From contig OZ024757.1 in the NCBI GenBank assembly GCA_964016885.1, forward strand, positions 14,012,001-14,076,000: 64,000 bases of DNA, written 5' to 3'. The stretch comes from Eledone cirrhosa. Lineage: Eukaryota. Below the pieces are notes generated by a model. The model ran no database searches, had not been told where the DNA came from, and saw only the letters and a program-made list of their open reading frames with translations. Shown here piece by piece: positions 12,633-25,600 of the stretch. A program made the position numbers and the translations under genes. Within the stretch, counting starts at the first letter, position 1. Each line of letters starts with the position of its first letter.

Positions 12633-12881
12633 GGCTATACCGGAAAGTTCTGCGAGAACCCCAGCTGTGACCAGATGAACTGTCAAAATGGTGGAACGTG
12701 TTACATAGACATCCGCAAGTATGTGAAATGCCGTTGCCTGGCCGGTACCTCAGGCAGGTACTGTGAAGTCGACAACCGAAACAACGATACTAAACGCAAC
12801 ACCGACGACATTCTCGAGCAGCAAGCCAAGCTGTGTAAGGAGCGTAAATGTGAAGAGAAGGCAAACAATGGCAAATGTGAT
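12633..12881 (+). CDS. Notch: Notch exon: last EGF, linker, start of LNR-A
   Basis: tgcAG|ggctat ... tgtgat|GTaagt; GYTGKFCE...CQNGGTC...RYCEV...[11 protein letters not shown]. Confidence 0.93.
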
Positions 12882-13002
12882 GTAAGTAGAAATGATGGAT
12901 AATTGTTGATCTCTCAGATGTATATATACTGTGTGTGTGTGTGTGTGTGTGTGTTGTCTGTGTGAGTGTATTTCTGTGTATGTGTTTGTATATATAGATG
13001 TC

Positions 13003-13861
13003 TCTTCAAGACAATGTCACTGGACCGAGATCTTTGGCGCTACACAGTTATACAGAAGACCCGCCTTGCCTAAGTACAAAGTGACACCTACTACAGACAG
13101 TAGGCACCTCTAACAAAATACACCCCCCCCGTCCCACTACCCCCACCCCATCCACACCACCCCCTTAAATGTGAAGTTATGTTGGTACCACAACATCCAG
13201 TCCGAAACAAATGAGGTCGTGTAGGTGTCACGACAAAAAAAAAAAACACACAGTCCACGCTGTAATGTGGCCGTGTAGGTAACACGGTAAAAACCTCCCA
13301 GTACACACTGTCAACGTGGTTGGTGTTGGGAAGGGCACCAGCCGTAGAAAACCCGCCAGAGATGTTGGTGTCACGACAAAAAACACACAGTCCATGCTGT
13401 AATGTGGCCGTGTAGGTAACACGGTAAAAACCTCCCAGTCCACACTGTCAACGTGGTTGATGTTGGGAAGGGCACTAGCCGTAGAAAACCCGCCAGAGAT
13501 GTTGGTGTCACGACAAAAAACACACAGTCCATGCTGTAATGTGGCCGTGTAGGTAACACGGTAAAAACCTCCCAGTACACACTGTAACCGTGGTTGGTGT
13601 TAGGAAGGGCACCAGCCGTAGAAAACCCCCCAGAGATGTTGGTGTCACGACAAAAAACACACAGTCCACGCTGTAATGTGGCCGTGTAGGTAACACGGTA
13701 AAAACCTCCCAGTCCACACTGTAACCGTGGTTGGTGTTAGGAAGGGCATCCAGCCGTAGAAAACCCGCCAGACAGTCCTATACGAGCAGGACAACCAATC
13801 TTGCCGCAAGTGGGAAAACTCCCGTCCAAACCCATGCAAGCGTGGAAGATGGACATTAAAC

Positions 13862-13893
<32 letters not shown>
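13003..13893 (+). mobile_element. RTE-clade LINE 3' end with a 4x 137-bp tandem expansion in the 3'UTR
   Basis: ORF end KTMSLDRDLWRYTVIQKTRLA*; repeats start at about 13225, 13368, 13505 and 13642; (gat)n tail. Confidence 0.82.
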
Positions 13894-13909
<16 letters not shown>

Positions 13910-14184
13910 GGTGGTGGTGGTGGTGGTGGCGGCGGCGGCGACGAAAACGACGATGTGTGTATTTGTTTGTATATGTATTATATACGTATGTGTATTGGCT
14001 AAACAGTAAATCATTAATGAACATATATACAAGGAGTGTAGTATGTGTATGACATCTGAACAAGTATCCCCCACTTTCAACTAACTTACCCTCTGCCTCT
14101 TGGTCCTGATATTGTATGTATTTATATTATAATGATGTTTTAAAATTGTTTTGACGATGTTTTAACAATATTTTTACGATATTT

Positions 14185-14980
14185 TAACGCTATATTAAAC
14201 GCTATACTAAACGCTATATTAAACGCTATATTAAACGCTATATTAAACGCTATACTAAACGCTATATTAAACGCTATACTAAACGCTATACTAAACGCTA
14301 TATTAAACGCTATATTAAACGCTATATTAAACGCTATATTAAACGCTATATTAAACTATACTAAACGCTATATTAAACGATATATTAAACGCTATATTAA
14401 ACGCTATACTAAACGCTATATTAAATGCTATATTAAACGCTATATTAAACGATATACTAAACGCTATACTAAACGCTATATTAAACGCTATATTAAACGC
14501 TATATTAAACGCTATATTAAACGCTATATTAAACGCTATATTAAACGCTATATTAAACTATACTAAACGCTATATTAAACGATATATTAAACGATATATT
14601 AAACGCTATATTAAACGATATATTAAACGCTATATTAAACGCTATATTAAACGCTATATTAAACGCTATATTAAACTATACTAAACGCTATATTAAACGA
14701 TATATTAAACGATATATTAAACGCTATATTAAACGATATACTAAACGCTATATTAAACGCTATATTAAACGATATATTAAACGCTATACTAAACGCTATA
14801 TTAAACGATATACTAAACGCTATATTAAACGATATATTAAACGCTATATTAAACGCTATATTAAATGCTATATTAAACGCTATATTAAACGCTATATTAA
14901 ACTATACTAAACGCTATATTAAACGCTATATTAAATGCTATATTAAATGCTATATTAAACGATATATTAAACGATATTTT
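14185..14980. repeat. 12-bp minisatellite (aaacgctatatt)n
   Basis: About 65 copies, ending about 40 bp before the LNR exon acceptor. Confidence 0.93.
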
Positions 14981-15020
14981 AAATGATATTTTTTTACATA
15001 TTTTTCCATATAAACTACAG

Positions 15021-15592
15021 GCTGAATGTAATTCTTATGCTTGTAAGTACGACAACATGGAATGTTCTAATGGAATCTTTCCATTCAAGAACTGTAAGTC
15101 CAAATCAAATGGACAATTTTGCTGGGATGTTTTCAAAGACAAAAAATGCAACCGTGAATGCAACACAGAAGATTGCTTGTGGGACGGCTTTGACTGTAGC
15201 AAAGATATGCCCGACTGTAACCCGACCTATACATTTTACTGCTCAGAGAATTACGGAAATGGAATGTGTGATAAAGGTTGTGATAAGGAAGAATGTCTTT
15301 GGGATGGTTTGGACTGTGAAAACCAGGCGAACTTGGCTTCCGGAACTCTCGTGTTCATCGTTCTTGTGCCCCCGGAGACGTTTCAGAAAAGTTCCACCCA
15401 GTTTCTGTGGAAAATCGGTGAATTGCTGCGAACTGTTGTTCGAATCAAGCGTGACGCAGATGGTCAAGAGATGATTTATCCTTGGTACCAAGAAGACTCA
15501 AATACTAAATCGAACCTAGTTAAACGCTACATCGGCCAGCTGTTACGTATGGATCACCAACGACGACAACGTAGAGAGGCAGTCTTGAAAGG
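15021..15592 (+). CDS. Notch: Notch exon: LNR-A end, LNR-B, LNR-C, HD-N, furin S1 loop
   Basis: tacAG|gctgaa ... aaagg|GTgagt; ECNSYAC, CLWDGFDC, CLWDGLDC, GTLVFIV, MIYPW, RRQRR. Confidence 0.96.
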
Positions 15593-15625
15593 GTGAGTAA
15601 ATATCTTTATATTTTTCTATGAAAA

Positions 15626-15990
15626 TCTTCTTCTTCGCCCACTTATTCCTGAGGGGATCATGGAAGGCCAGAGTCCTCAAACACTCCTTCCATCGGGTCC
15701 TGTCAGAAGCAACTGTCTCCAACTGATCTAGCTGGATCCCCCAAGTGGGACCAGCCAAGCTCACGGATCTTATCCAACTATCTTGCTTGGGGCCTACCCC
15801 TGGGTCTCTTGTCGGTTGGTTTTGCCCGTAAAATCTGTCTAGCGATTCTTTCCTGAGATATTCTAATGACATCCCATAGTATGGGAGCTGTGATCTCTCA
15901 ATTCAGAGAAGTAGCAGTTCTACCTGGAATGACTCTCTGATCTTCAAGTTAGGCACTTTATCAAGTAACGTTACTCCGAAGAATCACAAT
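15626..15990 (-). mobile_element. RTE-like LINE 3' fragment, (GAA)n-tailed family
   Basis: Degenerate ORF end GIQLDQLETVASDRTRWKECL; related copies at 38522-38700 and 41265-41900. Confidence 0.7.
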
Positions 15991-16189
15991 TTGGCCTTTT
16001 GTATTTCTATGAAAATTAAAATTAAAATGTTCCCCCCCCGCCCTACCGTTGGGGTTGTTCAGATTGTAGATTTGTTGCTTGTCTCTGTTTATAAAATTGT
16101 TTCTAACATTGTGTGTATGGACCCATAACTCTTAATCAAGTCATAGGGGTGCCATATTGACATACAGCATTTTGGGGGCATTGCTTTAA

Positions 16190-16437
16190 CCCCCTTAGCA
16201 TTTAAACCAGCTGTATCCAGCCAGAATTTTCTCACCTCTATATATACTATTGTATTTTCAAAGTAAAGGTTTTATCTCACATAATTATCTCGCATAATAT
16301 CAAATCTATAAGATTTTGATATCATTTATTTTGAAAACAATATCTTAACATCAGTATGAGTGGCTAGTTATAACCGGTTTGAACAGAAAGAGGTGAGAGA
16401 ATTCTGGTCGAATATGACCAGTTTAAATGCTAAAGGG
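16190..16437 (+). mobile_element. piggyBac-type MITE with extended inverted ends
   Basis: TTAA on both sides; ccc..ttagcatttaaac / gtttaaatgctaaaggg. Confidence 0.8.
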
Positions 16438-16466
16438 TTAAATGCATTCTTCTCCTCCTTCTCCAG

Positions 16467-16606
16467 GACAAAGGTATTTGTGGAGATTTTCTACCAGAAA
16501 TGTCGAGGCAGCTCCTGTTTCCACAACACAAGCAAAGCAGCTGAGTTTATTGCAGAATATATGAGACATGGATGGAGGGCGGGAGTTGATATCCATAGTA
16601 TTGACA
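16467..16606 (+). CDS. Notch: Notch exon: HD-C (NODP)
   Basis: tccAG|gaca ... gaca|GTaagt; TKVFVEIFYQKCRGSSCFHNTSKAAEFIA. Confidence 0.92.
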
Positions 16607-16690
16607 GTAAGTATAATGTTTGTGTCTGTGTGTGTATATATATGTCTGTGAGTGTCTGCATGTATATATGTATGTGTGTGTATGTGTCTT

Positions 16691-16750
<60 letters not shown>

Positions 16751-16818
16751 AATGTGTGTATGTATATATCTATGAGTGTGTGTGTATATATATATAAATA
16801 TGTGTGAATGTATCTATG

Positions 16819-16866
<48 letters not shown>

Positions 16867-17003
16867 GTGTATGTGTGTATATATATGTGTGTGTGTGTGT
16901 ATATATACATGTTTATGTGTGTGTATATATGTGTGAATGTGTATATGTTTGTGTGCATATAATTCAGGAATGGCCCTTAATGCTGTTTTGTTTCCTATTT
17001 TAG

Positions 17004-17226
17004 CTGAAGAACCCACCAAAACAAAAGACATGCCCTTCAATCTAGTTTCTATTGTGGTATCTTGTGTCTGTGTGTTTGCCATCATCTTCTTGTTGTTGGT
17101 TGTCATGTCACGCAAGCGTACCCGAGGTGTCACCTGGTTCCCAGAAGGTTTCTTTGAAAGTATTCGGCCTGGCAAGGACACATCGAAACATATCCCTCGT
17201 CGTAAACCTGATGGTGAAGAGATGAA
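17004..17226 (+). CDS. Notch: Notch exon: transmembrane helix and RAM
   Basis: tttAG|ctgaa ... atgaa|GTgagt; hydrophobic LVSIVVSCVCVFAIIFLLLVV followed by RKR and TWFPEGF (CSL-binding motif). Confidence 0.96.
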
Positions 17227-17559
17227 GTGAGTACAATTGAAACTTCTTTTATACATTCCCTTTTAGCACGGGTTCTATGACTGGGTACTCTTTAACACCA
17301 ATCTCTTTACAGGGAGTACTGGGAGCATTTTATTATGGAACCAGCACATGATAAGCTGTGTATAATGCCCAATATATTGTGCTCTTCCTTTCTTTTTAAG
17401 ATAGTAGGATATGATTTGAGGAATATTTAGCTGCTAATTATAGTAGGTCTAGAATATGTTGTAAGTAGCAACTAAAAATGTTAGTGTCAGGAAGGGTGTC
17501 TAGTTACAAAACATTGCCTCAAAATGTCCTGTCAAGCCCATGTCAGCATCAAATAGACT

Positions 17560-18100
17560 CCATAAAAATGACATGACAAAAAACATCCAGTACACACTGT
17601 AAAGTGGTCATGCTGGTAACACGACAAAAAGCACCCAGCCAACACTGTAAAGTGGTAATTTTGATGCCCTGATAAAAAGCACCCGGCACACACTATAAAT
17701 GTGGTTGGCGCTATGGAAAGGAATCTAGCTGTAGAAACCAAGCCAGAAACAGTTCTGTATGAGCAAGACACGGTTATCTGATCTGACTTGTCTCACAATG
17801 GGACAACCTATTTAACCCATGCTAGCATGGAAAATGGACGTTAAATGGTGATGATGATGATGATGATGATGTTAACCCATTACTATTTACATTACTCTAT
17901 ATTTACTATTGTATTTTCATGGTAAACACTTTATCTCACATAACTATCCCACATAATATTTAATCTATGAGATTTTGATATTATTTATTTTGAGAACAAT
18001 ACCTTAATGTCAGTATGAGCAACCAGTTACGGCCTGTTTGAACAGAAAGAGGTGAGAGAATTCTAGCTGGGTATGGCTGGTTTAAATGCTAACAGGTTAA
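17560..18100 (+). mobile_element. Decayed LINE/SINE 3' tail followed by a piggyBac-type MITE
   Basis: acccatgctagcatggaaaatggacgttaaa(tga)n, then ttaaccc...ggttaa MITE at about 17876-18096. Confidence 0.65.
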
Positions 18101-18192
18101 ATGTTATTGATGAAAATGATGATGTTAGTAATAATTTTGTTTTATTTGTTTTATTGATCTATCTATTTAATTTATTTCCAACTAATTTCCAG

Positions 18193-18334
18193 GAGTCTTC
18201 CAAGAGCCTGTAACTTTCCTCCGTTTGATCCATCTCTTCTGAAACTTGATGCTAACGACAACAGATCAACTCCACAGAGTTCTGATCAGTGGGACCTTGA
18301 TGATAATGATCCTCATCAGTATAAAAGGATCAAG
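18193..18334 (+). CDS. Notch: Notch exon: RAM-ANK linker with NLS (not in ORF track)
   Basis: tccAG|gagt ... atcaag|GTaatg; SLPRACNFPP...QWDLDDNDPHQYKRIK; phases 2/0 are required to connect the flanking exons. Confidence 0.9.
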
Positions 18335-18986
18335 GTAATGTGATAGCTTTTAGTCAATATGTGTGGGGGGTTTCATAATTAACATGTGGTGGTGGTGTGT
18401 TTTATCTTGGAGGGGGGGGGGAGTGTAGTGTTTGTGGTGGGGTTTTGAGCTGGTGTTTGCGGTGATGGTAGTGGTAGTAGTGGTGGTGGTGGTGTTTGTG
18501 GTGGTGGTGGTGGTGTTCGTGGTGGTGGTGGTGGTTGTGGTGGTAGTTGTGGTGGTGGTAGTAGTGGTTGTGGTGGTGGTGGTGGTGGTGGTGTTTGTGG
18601 TGGTGGTAGTAGTGGTTGTGGTGGTGGTGGTGGTGGTGGTGGTGGTTATCTTTGATAGCTATTATAGATAGAGGGGTAGGGATTTAGAATTGAAGATCAA
18701 TATAGAGATCGCTTTTAGTCAACATGGCGGAGGGCTTCATAATTATATATTATATAATATATTATATATATAATATATTATATATATTATATATATAATA
18801 TATTATATATATTATATATATAATATATTATATATATTATATATTATATATATAATATATTATATATATTATATATATAATATATTATATATATAATATA
18901 TTATATATATTATATAATATATTATATATATAATATATAATATATATAATATATATAATATATTATATATATAATATATTATATAA

Positions 18987-19660
18987 TCATCATCATCATC
19001 ATCATCAACGTTTAACGTCCGTGTTCCACGCTTGCATGGGTTTGGACGAGGGTTTTCCCACTTGAGGCAAGAGTGATTGTCTTACTCGCATAGGACTGTC
19101 TGGCAGGTTTTCTACAGTTGGATGCCCTTCCTAACACCAACCACATTTACAGTGTGGGTCTGGGAGGTTTTTACCGTGTTGCCTACACGGCCACATTACA
19201 GCGTGGACTGTGTGTTTTTTTGTCGTGACACCTACACGATCTCATTTGTTTCGGCCTGGATGGTGTGGCACCAACATAACTTTACATAGAAGGGGGCAGT
19301 GTGGATGGGGTGGGGGTGGTGGGACGGGGGTGTATTTTGTTAGAGATGCCTACTGACTGTAGTAGATTTTACTATGTATTTAGGTAAGGCGGGTCTTCTC
19401 TGTTACTGAGTACCGCCAAAGGTCTCGGTCCAGTGACATTGTCTTGGAGAGGTGTAAGTGTGTGAGGTCGGAGTTTATCAGCTCGTCCCAGGTTTTTCTA
19501 GGTCTGCCTATTCCGTGGCTACCGTCTATCTTTATTGCCCTGCACTTTGTTATACAGCTATCGACTTTCATGCGCATCACGTGTCCATACCAACGTAGCC
19601 TTCTCTCGAGTAAACAACATCTGATCCCTCTTATTTCTAATTTTTTCCTTAGTTCGTTTA
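18987..19660 (-). mobile_element. 5'-truncated RTE LINE inside an AT microsatellite
   Basis: ORF end [11 protein letters not shown]...GRPRKTWDE...DRDLWR; full 3'UTR and (gat)n tail. Confidence 0.87.
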
Positions 19661-20007
19661 TAATATTATATATATAATATATATAATATATTATATATAT
19701 TATATATTATATATATTATATATATAATATATTATATATATAATATATTATATATATAATATATTATATATATTATATATTATATATATTATATATATAA
19801 TATATTATATATATAATATATTATATATATAATATATTATATATATAATATATTATATATATTATATATTATATATATTATATATTATATATATTATATA
19901 TATAATATATTATATATATAATATATTATATATATAATATATATAATATATAATATATTATATATATTATATATATATATCTTTCTTTCTTTCTCTCTCC
20001 ACTTCAG

Positions 20008-20185
20008 TTGGATGAAATTGGTCAATCAAATGTTGACGATAATTTGGAATTTGATCAGACAGACACACGTCAGTGGACCCAGAGACATTTTGATGCTGCC
20101 AATCTGCCAAGTTCAATTCTTGCATTGACCCCACCTCGGGGTGATGATCAGCATGTCTCCAATGAAGTTGATGTCAGAGGACCTG
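20008..20185 (+). CDS. Notch: Notch exon: pre-ANK region
   Basis: ttcAG|ttggat ... cctg|GTaggt; DTRQWTQRHFDAA...LALTPP...VDVRGP. Confidence 0.95.
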
Positions 20186-20314
20186 GTAGGTTCAATATTG
20201 TCACCTCAAATTAGGGGTTTGCTGGTTAATATAATAATGAAATTTTTGCGTACAGTGCTGAGGTGCACTACAACTTTATTGGTTTATTGGATATTTTCAA
20301 ATATTATTACTGCT

Positions 20315-20942
20315 ATTATGAGTTCAAATCCCGCCAAGGTTGATTTTGCCTTTCATCCTTACGTGGTCGATAAAATAAAGTACCAGTAATGCACTGGGAT
20401 AATTGCTGGCCTTGTGCCAAAAGTAGAAACAATTATCATTAATAAGGGCGGTGGATTGGCAGTATCGGTAGAGCATCGAACAACATGCTTTGCAGCATAG
20501 TTACGGCCCTTTACCGTCTGAGTGATAATCCCGCCAAGGTTAACTTTGCCTTTCATCCTTACGGGGTTGATAAAATAAAGTACCAGTGATGCACTGGGGT
20601 CAATTTAATCAACTTTCTCCTCTCCCAAATTGCTGGCCTTGTGCCTATATAAGAAACCATTATTATTATTATTTGCAACGGTCGATAAAATAAAGTACCA
20701 GTAATGTACTGGGTAATTGCTGGCCTTGTGCCTAAAGTAGAAACAATTATTATTATTTGCAACATAGAGTTACGGTCCTTTACCGTCTGAGTTCAAATCC
20801 TGCTGAGGTTAACTTTGCCTTTCATCTTTACGGGGTTGATAAAATAAAGCACCAGTAACATACTGAGGTCAATTTAATCGACTATTCCCTCCCCCAAAAT
20901 GACTGGCCTTGTGCTTATACTAGAAATCATTATTATTATTAT
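20315..20942 (+). mobile_element. Cluster of Nin-like SINE copies and fragments
   Basis: Three to four repeats of the central domain, each with an (att)n tail. Confidence 0.8.
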
Positions 20943-21009
20943 TAATAGTTTTGTTTGTTTTTGAGATGTTTTACTTGATGTTAAAGTCAGCTAAAATTTC
21001 TTTGTTTAG

Positions 21010-21174
21010 ATGGGTTTACTCCTTTGATGTTGGCATCATTCCGAGGCCAAGGACTGGACACAGATGGTGATGATGAAATATCAGGAGAAGGGGAATCCGA
21101 TGATAAGTCCACTGGAGTTATAACAAGCCTACTCATGCAAGGAGCTGCTATTAACGCTCGCACTGACCGCACAG
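21010..21174 (+). CDS. Notch: Notch exon: ANK1
   Basis: tttAG|atggg ... acag|GTtcgt; DGFTPLMLASFRG...LLMQGAAINARTDRT. Confidence 0.95.
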
Positions 21175-21244
21175 GTTCGTATATGTTATGTTATGTTGCC
21201 TTTTCAGTTTTATTTCACCCTTGTCCAGTTGAACACGTGAATGG

Positions 21245-22185
21245 CATGTACCCAGTACACTCTGTAAAGTGGTAGTACTGGTGCCATGATTAATTAAACC
21301 CAGTCCACTCTGTTAAGTGGTAGTACTGGTGCCATGATAAATTAAACCCAGTACACTCTGTAAAGTGGAAGTTCTGGTGCCATGATTAATTAAACCCAGT
21401 CCACTCTGTTAAGTGGTAGTACTGGTGCCATGATAAATTAAACCCAGTACACTCTGTAAAGTGGAAGTTCTGGTGTCATGATAAAATGCTTGCAATACAC
21501 TCAGTAAAGTGGTTCTGATGCCATGATAAAATGCACCGTCCACTCTGCAAAGTGGTAGTACTGGTGCCATGATAAATTAAACCCAGTACACTCTGTAAAG
21601 TGGAAGTTCTGGTGTCATGATAAAATGCTTGCAATACACTCTGTAAAGTGGTTCTGATGCCATGATAAAATGCACCCAGTCCACTCTGTAAAGTGGTAGT
21701 TCTGGTGCCATGATAAATTACACCCAGTACACTCTGTAAAGTGGTAGTTCTGGTATCATGATAAAATGTTTGCAATACACTCTGTAAAGTGGTTCTGATG
21801 CCATGATAAAATGCACCCAGTCCACTCTGTAAAGTGGTAGTTCTGGTGCCATGATAAATTACACCCAGTACACTCTGTAAAGTGGTTGTACTGGTGCCAT
21901 GATAAATTACACCCAGTACACTCTGTAAAGTGGTAGTTCTGGTGTCATGATAAAATGTTTGCAATACACTCTGTAAAGTGGTTCTGATGCCATGATAAAA
22001 TGCACCCAGTCCACTCTGTAAAGTGGTAGTTCTGGTGCCATGATAAATTACACCCAGTCCACTCTGCAAAGTGGTAGTACTGATGCCATGATAAAATGCA
22101 CCCAGTCCACTCTGTAAAGTGGTAGTTCTGGTGCCATGATAAATTACACCCAGTACACTCTGTAAAGTGGTAGTTCTGGTGTCAT
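21245..22185 (+). repeat. 45/48-bp composite tandem repeat from the LINE/SINE 3' subrepeat
   Basis: acccagtacactctgtaaagtggtagttctggtgccatgataaatt and variants, alternating in a trimer-like pattern. Confidence 0.85.
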
Positions 22186-22443
22186 GCTGTTGATGATAAT
22201 GATGGTGTCAACGATAATGATGTTGATGATGATGATGATGATGATGTCGGTGATGATGATGATGATGATGATGTTCGTGATGGTGATGATGTTGGTGATG
22301 TCGATGATGATGATGATGATGTCGATGATGATAGTGACGTCTGTGATGATGATGATGATGATGATGTCGGTGATGTCGATGATGATGATGGTGACGACGA
22401 TGATGATGATGATAATATATATTGGTTCTTCTTTTACTTGAAG

Positions 22444-22595
22444 GTGAATCATCTTTACATTTGGCTGCTCGTTATGCAAGAGCTGACGCTGCTAAAATCC
22501 TCTTGGAGGCTGGAGCTGACCCGAATGCCCAGGACTGTACTGGAAGGACTCCCTTGCATACATCAGTCTCTGCTGATGCTCAAGGTGTCTTCCAG
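22444..22595 (+). CDS. Notch: Notch exon: ANK2-3
   Basis: tgaAG|gtgaa ... ttccag|GTaagt; [18 protein letters not shown]...ADAQGVFQ. Confidence 0.95.
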
Positions 22596-22649
22596 GTAAG
22601 TGCAATTAACAATCTATATTTTTACACCTTATGATACACAGTATGTGAT

Positions 22650-25600
22650 GTGGTGGTGTTCTTGTCTACAGTATAGGCTGTAGTATTGCTGTGGTGTTGC
22701 TGTCTACCGTATAGGCTGTAGTATTGCTGTGGTGTTGCTGTCTACAGCATAGGCTGTAGTATTGCTGTGGTGTTGCTGTCTACCGTATAGGCTGTAGTAT
22801 TGCTGTGTACAGTATAGGCTGTATGTAGTATTGCTGTGGTGTTGCTGTGTACAGTATAGGCTGTAGTGTTGCTGTCTACAGTATAGGCTGAAGTATTGCT
22901 GTGGTGTTTCTGTCTACAGTATAGGCTGTAGTATTGCTGTGGTGTTGCTGTCTACAGTATAGGCTGTGGTGTTTCTGTCTACAGTATAGTCTGTAGTATT
23001 GCTGTGGTGTTGCTGTCTACCGTATAGGATGTAGTATTGCTGTGGTGTTGCTGTCTACCGTATAGGCTGTAGTATTACTGTGGTGTTGCTGTCTACAGTA
23101 TAGGCTGTAGTATTGCTGTGGTGTTGCTGTCTACAGTATAGGATGTAGTATTGTTGTGGTGTTGCTGTCTACAGTATAGGATGTAGTATTACTGTGGTGT
23201 TGCTCTCTACAGTATAGGATGTAGTATTGCTGTGGTGTTTCTGTCTACAGTATAGGATGTAGTATTACTGTGGTGTTGCTCTCTACAGTATAGGATGTAG
23301 TATTGCTGTGGTGTTTCTGTCTACAGTATAGGCTGTAGTATTGCTGTGGTGTTGCTGTCTACAGTATAGGATGTAGTATTGCTGTGGTGTTGCTGTCTAC
23401 AGTATAGGATGTAGTATTGCTGTGGTGTTTCTGTCTACAGTATAGGATGTAGTATTGCTGTGGTGTTGCTGTCTACAGTATAGGCTGTAGTATTGCTGTG
23501 ATGTTTCTGTCTACAGTATAGGCTGTAGTATTGCTGTGGTGTTTCTGTCTACAGTATAGGATGTAGTATTGTTGTGGTGTTGCTGTCTACAGTATAGGCT
23601 GTAGTATTGCTGTCTACAGTATAGGATGTAGTACTGTTGTGGTGTTGCTGTCTACAGTATAGGATGTAGTATTGTTGTGGTGTTGCTGTCTACAGTATAG
23701 GATGTAGTATTGTTGTGGTGTTGCTGTCTACAGTATAGGATGTAGTATTAGTGTTGCTGTCTACAGTATAGGATGTAGTATTACTGTGGTGTTGCTGTCT
23801 ACAGTATAGGATGTAGTATTGCTGTGGTGTTGCTGTCTACAGTATAGGCTGTAGTATTACTGTGGTGTTCTTGTCTACAGTATAGTCTGTAGAATTGCTG
23901 TGGTGTTGCTGTCTACAGTATAGGCTGTAGTATTACTGTGGTGTTTCTGTCTACAGTATAGGCTGTGGTATTGTTGTGGTGTTGCTGTCTACAGTATAGG
24001 ATGTAGTACTGTTGTGGTGTTGCTGTCTACAGTATAGGCTGTAGTATTGCTGTGGTGTTTCTGTCTACAGCATAGGCTGTAGTATTGCTGTGGTGTTTCT
24101 GTCTACAGCATAGGCTGTAGTATTGCTGTGGTGTTTCTGTCTACAGTATAGGATGTAGTATTGTTGTGGTGTTGCTGTCTACAGTATAGGCTGTAGTATT
24201 GCTGTGGTGTTGCTGTCTACAGTATAGGATGTAGTACTGTTGTGGTGTTGCTGTCTACAGTATAGGATGTAGTATTGTTGTGGTGTTGCTGTCTACAGTA
24301 TAGGATGTAGTATTACTGTGGTGTTGCTGTCTACAGTATAGGCTGTAGTATTGTTGTGGTATTGCTGTCTACAGTATAGGATGTAGTATTGCTGTGGTGT
24401 TGCTGTCTACAGTATAGGCTGTAGTATTGTTGTGGTGTTGCTGTCTACAGTATAGGCTGTAGTATTGCTGTGGTGTTTCTGTCTACAGTATAGTCTGTAG
24501 TATTGCTGTGGTGTTTCTGTCTACAGTATAGGCTGTAGTATTGCTGTGGTGTTGCTGTCTACAGTATAGTCTGTAGTATTGTTGTGGTGTTTCTGTCTAC
24601 AGTATAGGATGTAGTATTACTGTGGTGTTGCTGTCTACAGTATAGTCTGTAGTATTGCTGTGGTGTTGCTGTCTACAGTATAGGCTGTAGTATTACTGTG
24701 GTGTTTCTGTCTACAGTATAGGCTGTGGTATTGTTGTGGTGTTGCTGTCTACAGTATAGGATGTAGTACTGTTGTGGTGTTGCTGTCTACAGTATAGGCT
24801 GTAGTATTGCTGTGGTGTTTCTGTCTACAGTATAGGATGTAGTATTGTTGTGGTGTTGCTGTCTACAGTATAGGCTGTAGTATTGCTGTCTACAGTATAG
24901 GATGTAGTACTGTTGTGGTGTTGCTGTCTACAGTATAGGATGTAGTATTGTTGTGGTGTTGCTGTCTACAGTATAGGATGTAGTATTACTGTGGTGTTGC
25001 TGTCTACAGTATAGGCTGTAGTATTGTTGTGGTGTTGCTGTCTACAGTATAGGATGTAGTATTACTGTGGTGTTGCTGTCTACAGTATAGGCTGTAGTAT
25101 TGTTGTGGTGTTGCTGTCTACAGTATAGGATGTAGTATTGCTGTGGTGTTACTGTCTACAGTATAGGCTGTAGTATTGCTGTGGTGTTGCTGTCTACAGT
25201 ATATGATGTAGTATTGCTGTGGTGTTTCTGTCTACAGTATAGGATGTAGTATTACTGTGGTGTTTCTGTCTACAGTATAGGATGTAGTATTGTTGTGGTG
25301 TTGCTGTCTACAGTATAGGATGTAGTATTGCTGTGGTGTTTCTGTCTACAGTATAGGATGTAGTATTGCTGTGGTGTTGCTGTCTACAGTATAGGATGTA
25401 GTATTACTGTAGTGTTGCTGTTTACAGTATAGTCTGTAGTATTACTGTGGTGTTGCTGTCTACAGTATAGGATGTAGTATTGCTGTGGTGTTTCTGTCTA
25501 CAGTATAGGCTGTAGTATTGCTGTGGTGTTTCTGTCTACAGTATAGGATGTATTATTACTGTGGTGTTTCTGTCTACAGTATAGGCTGTAGTATTGCTGT

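Noticed and set aside
9620-12686. Very long Y/I/H/M/C-rich ORFs here and at 46-47, 49-52, 54-56, 58-59 and 62-64 kb
   Set aside because: Translations of stop-free TA/TG microsatellites.
18432-18671. Poly-Val, poly-Met and poly-Ile ORFs (also 22144-22479, 39006-39318)
   Set aside because: (GGT)n and (GAT)n trinucleotide repeats.
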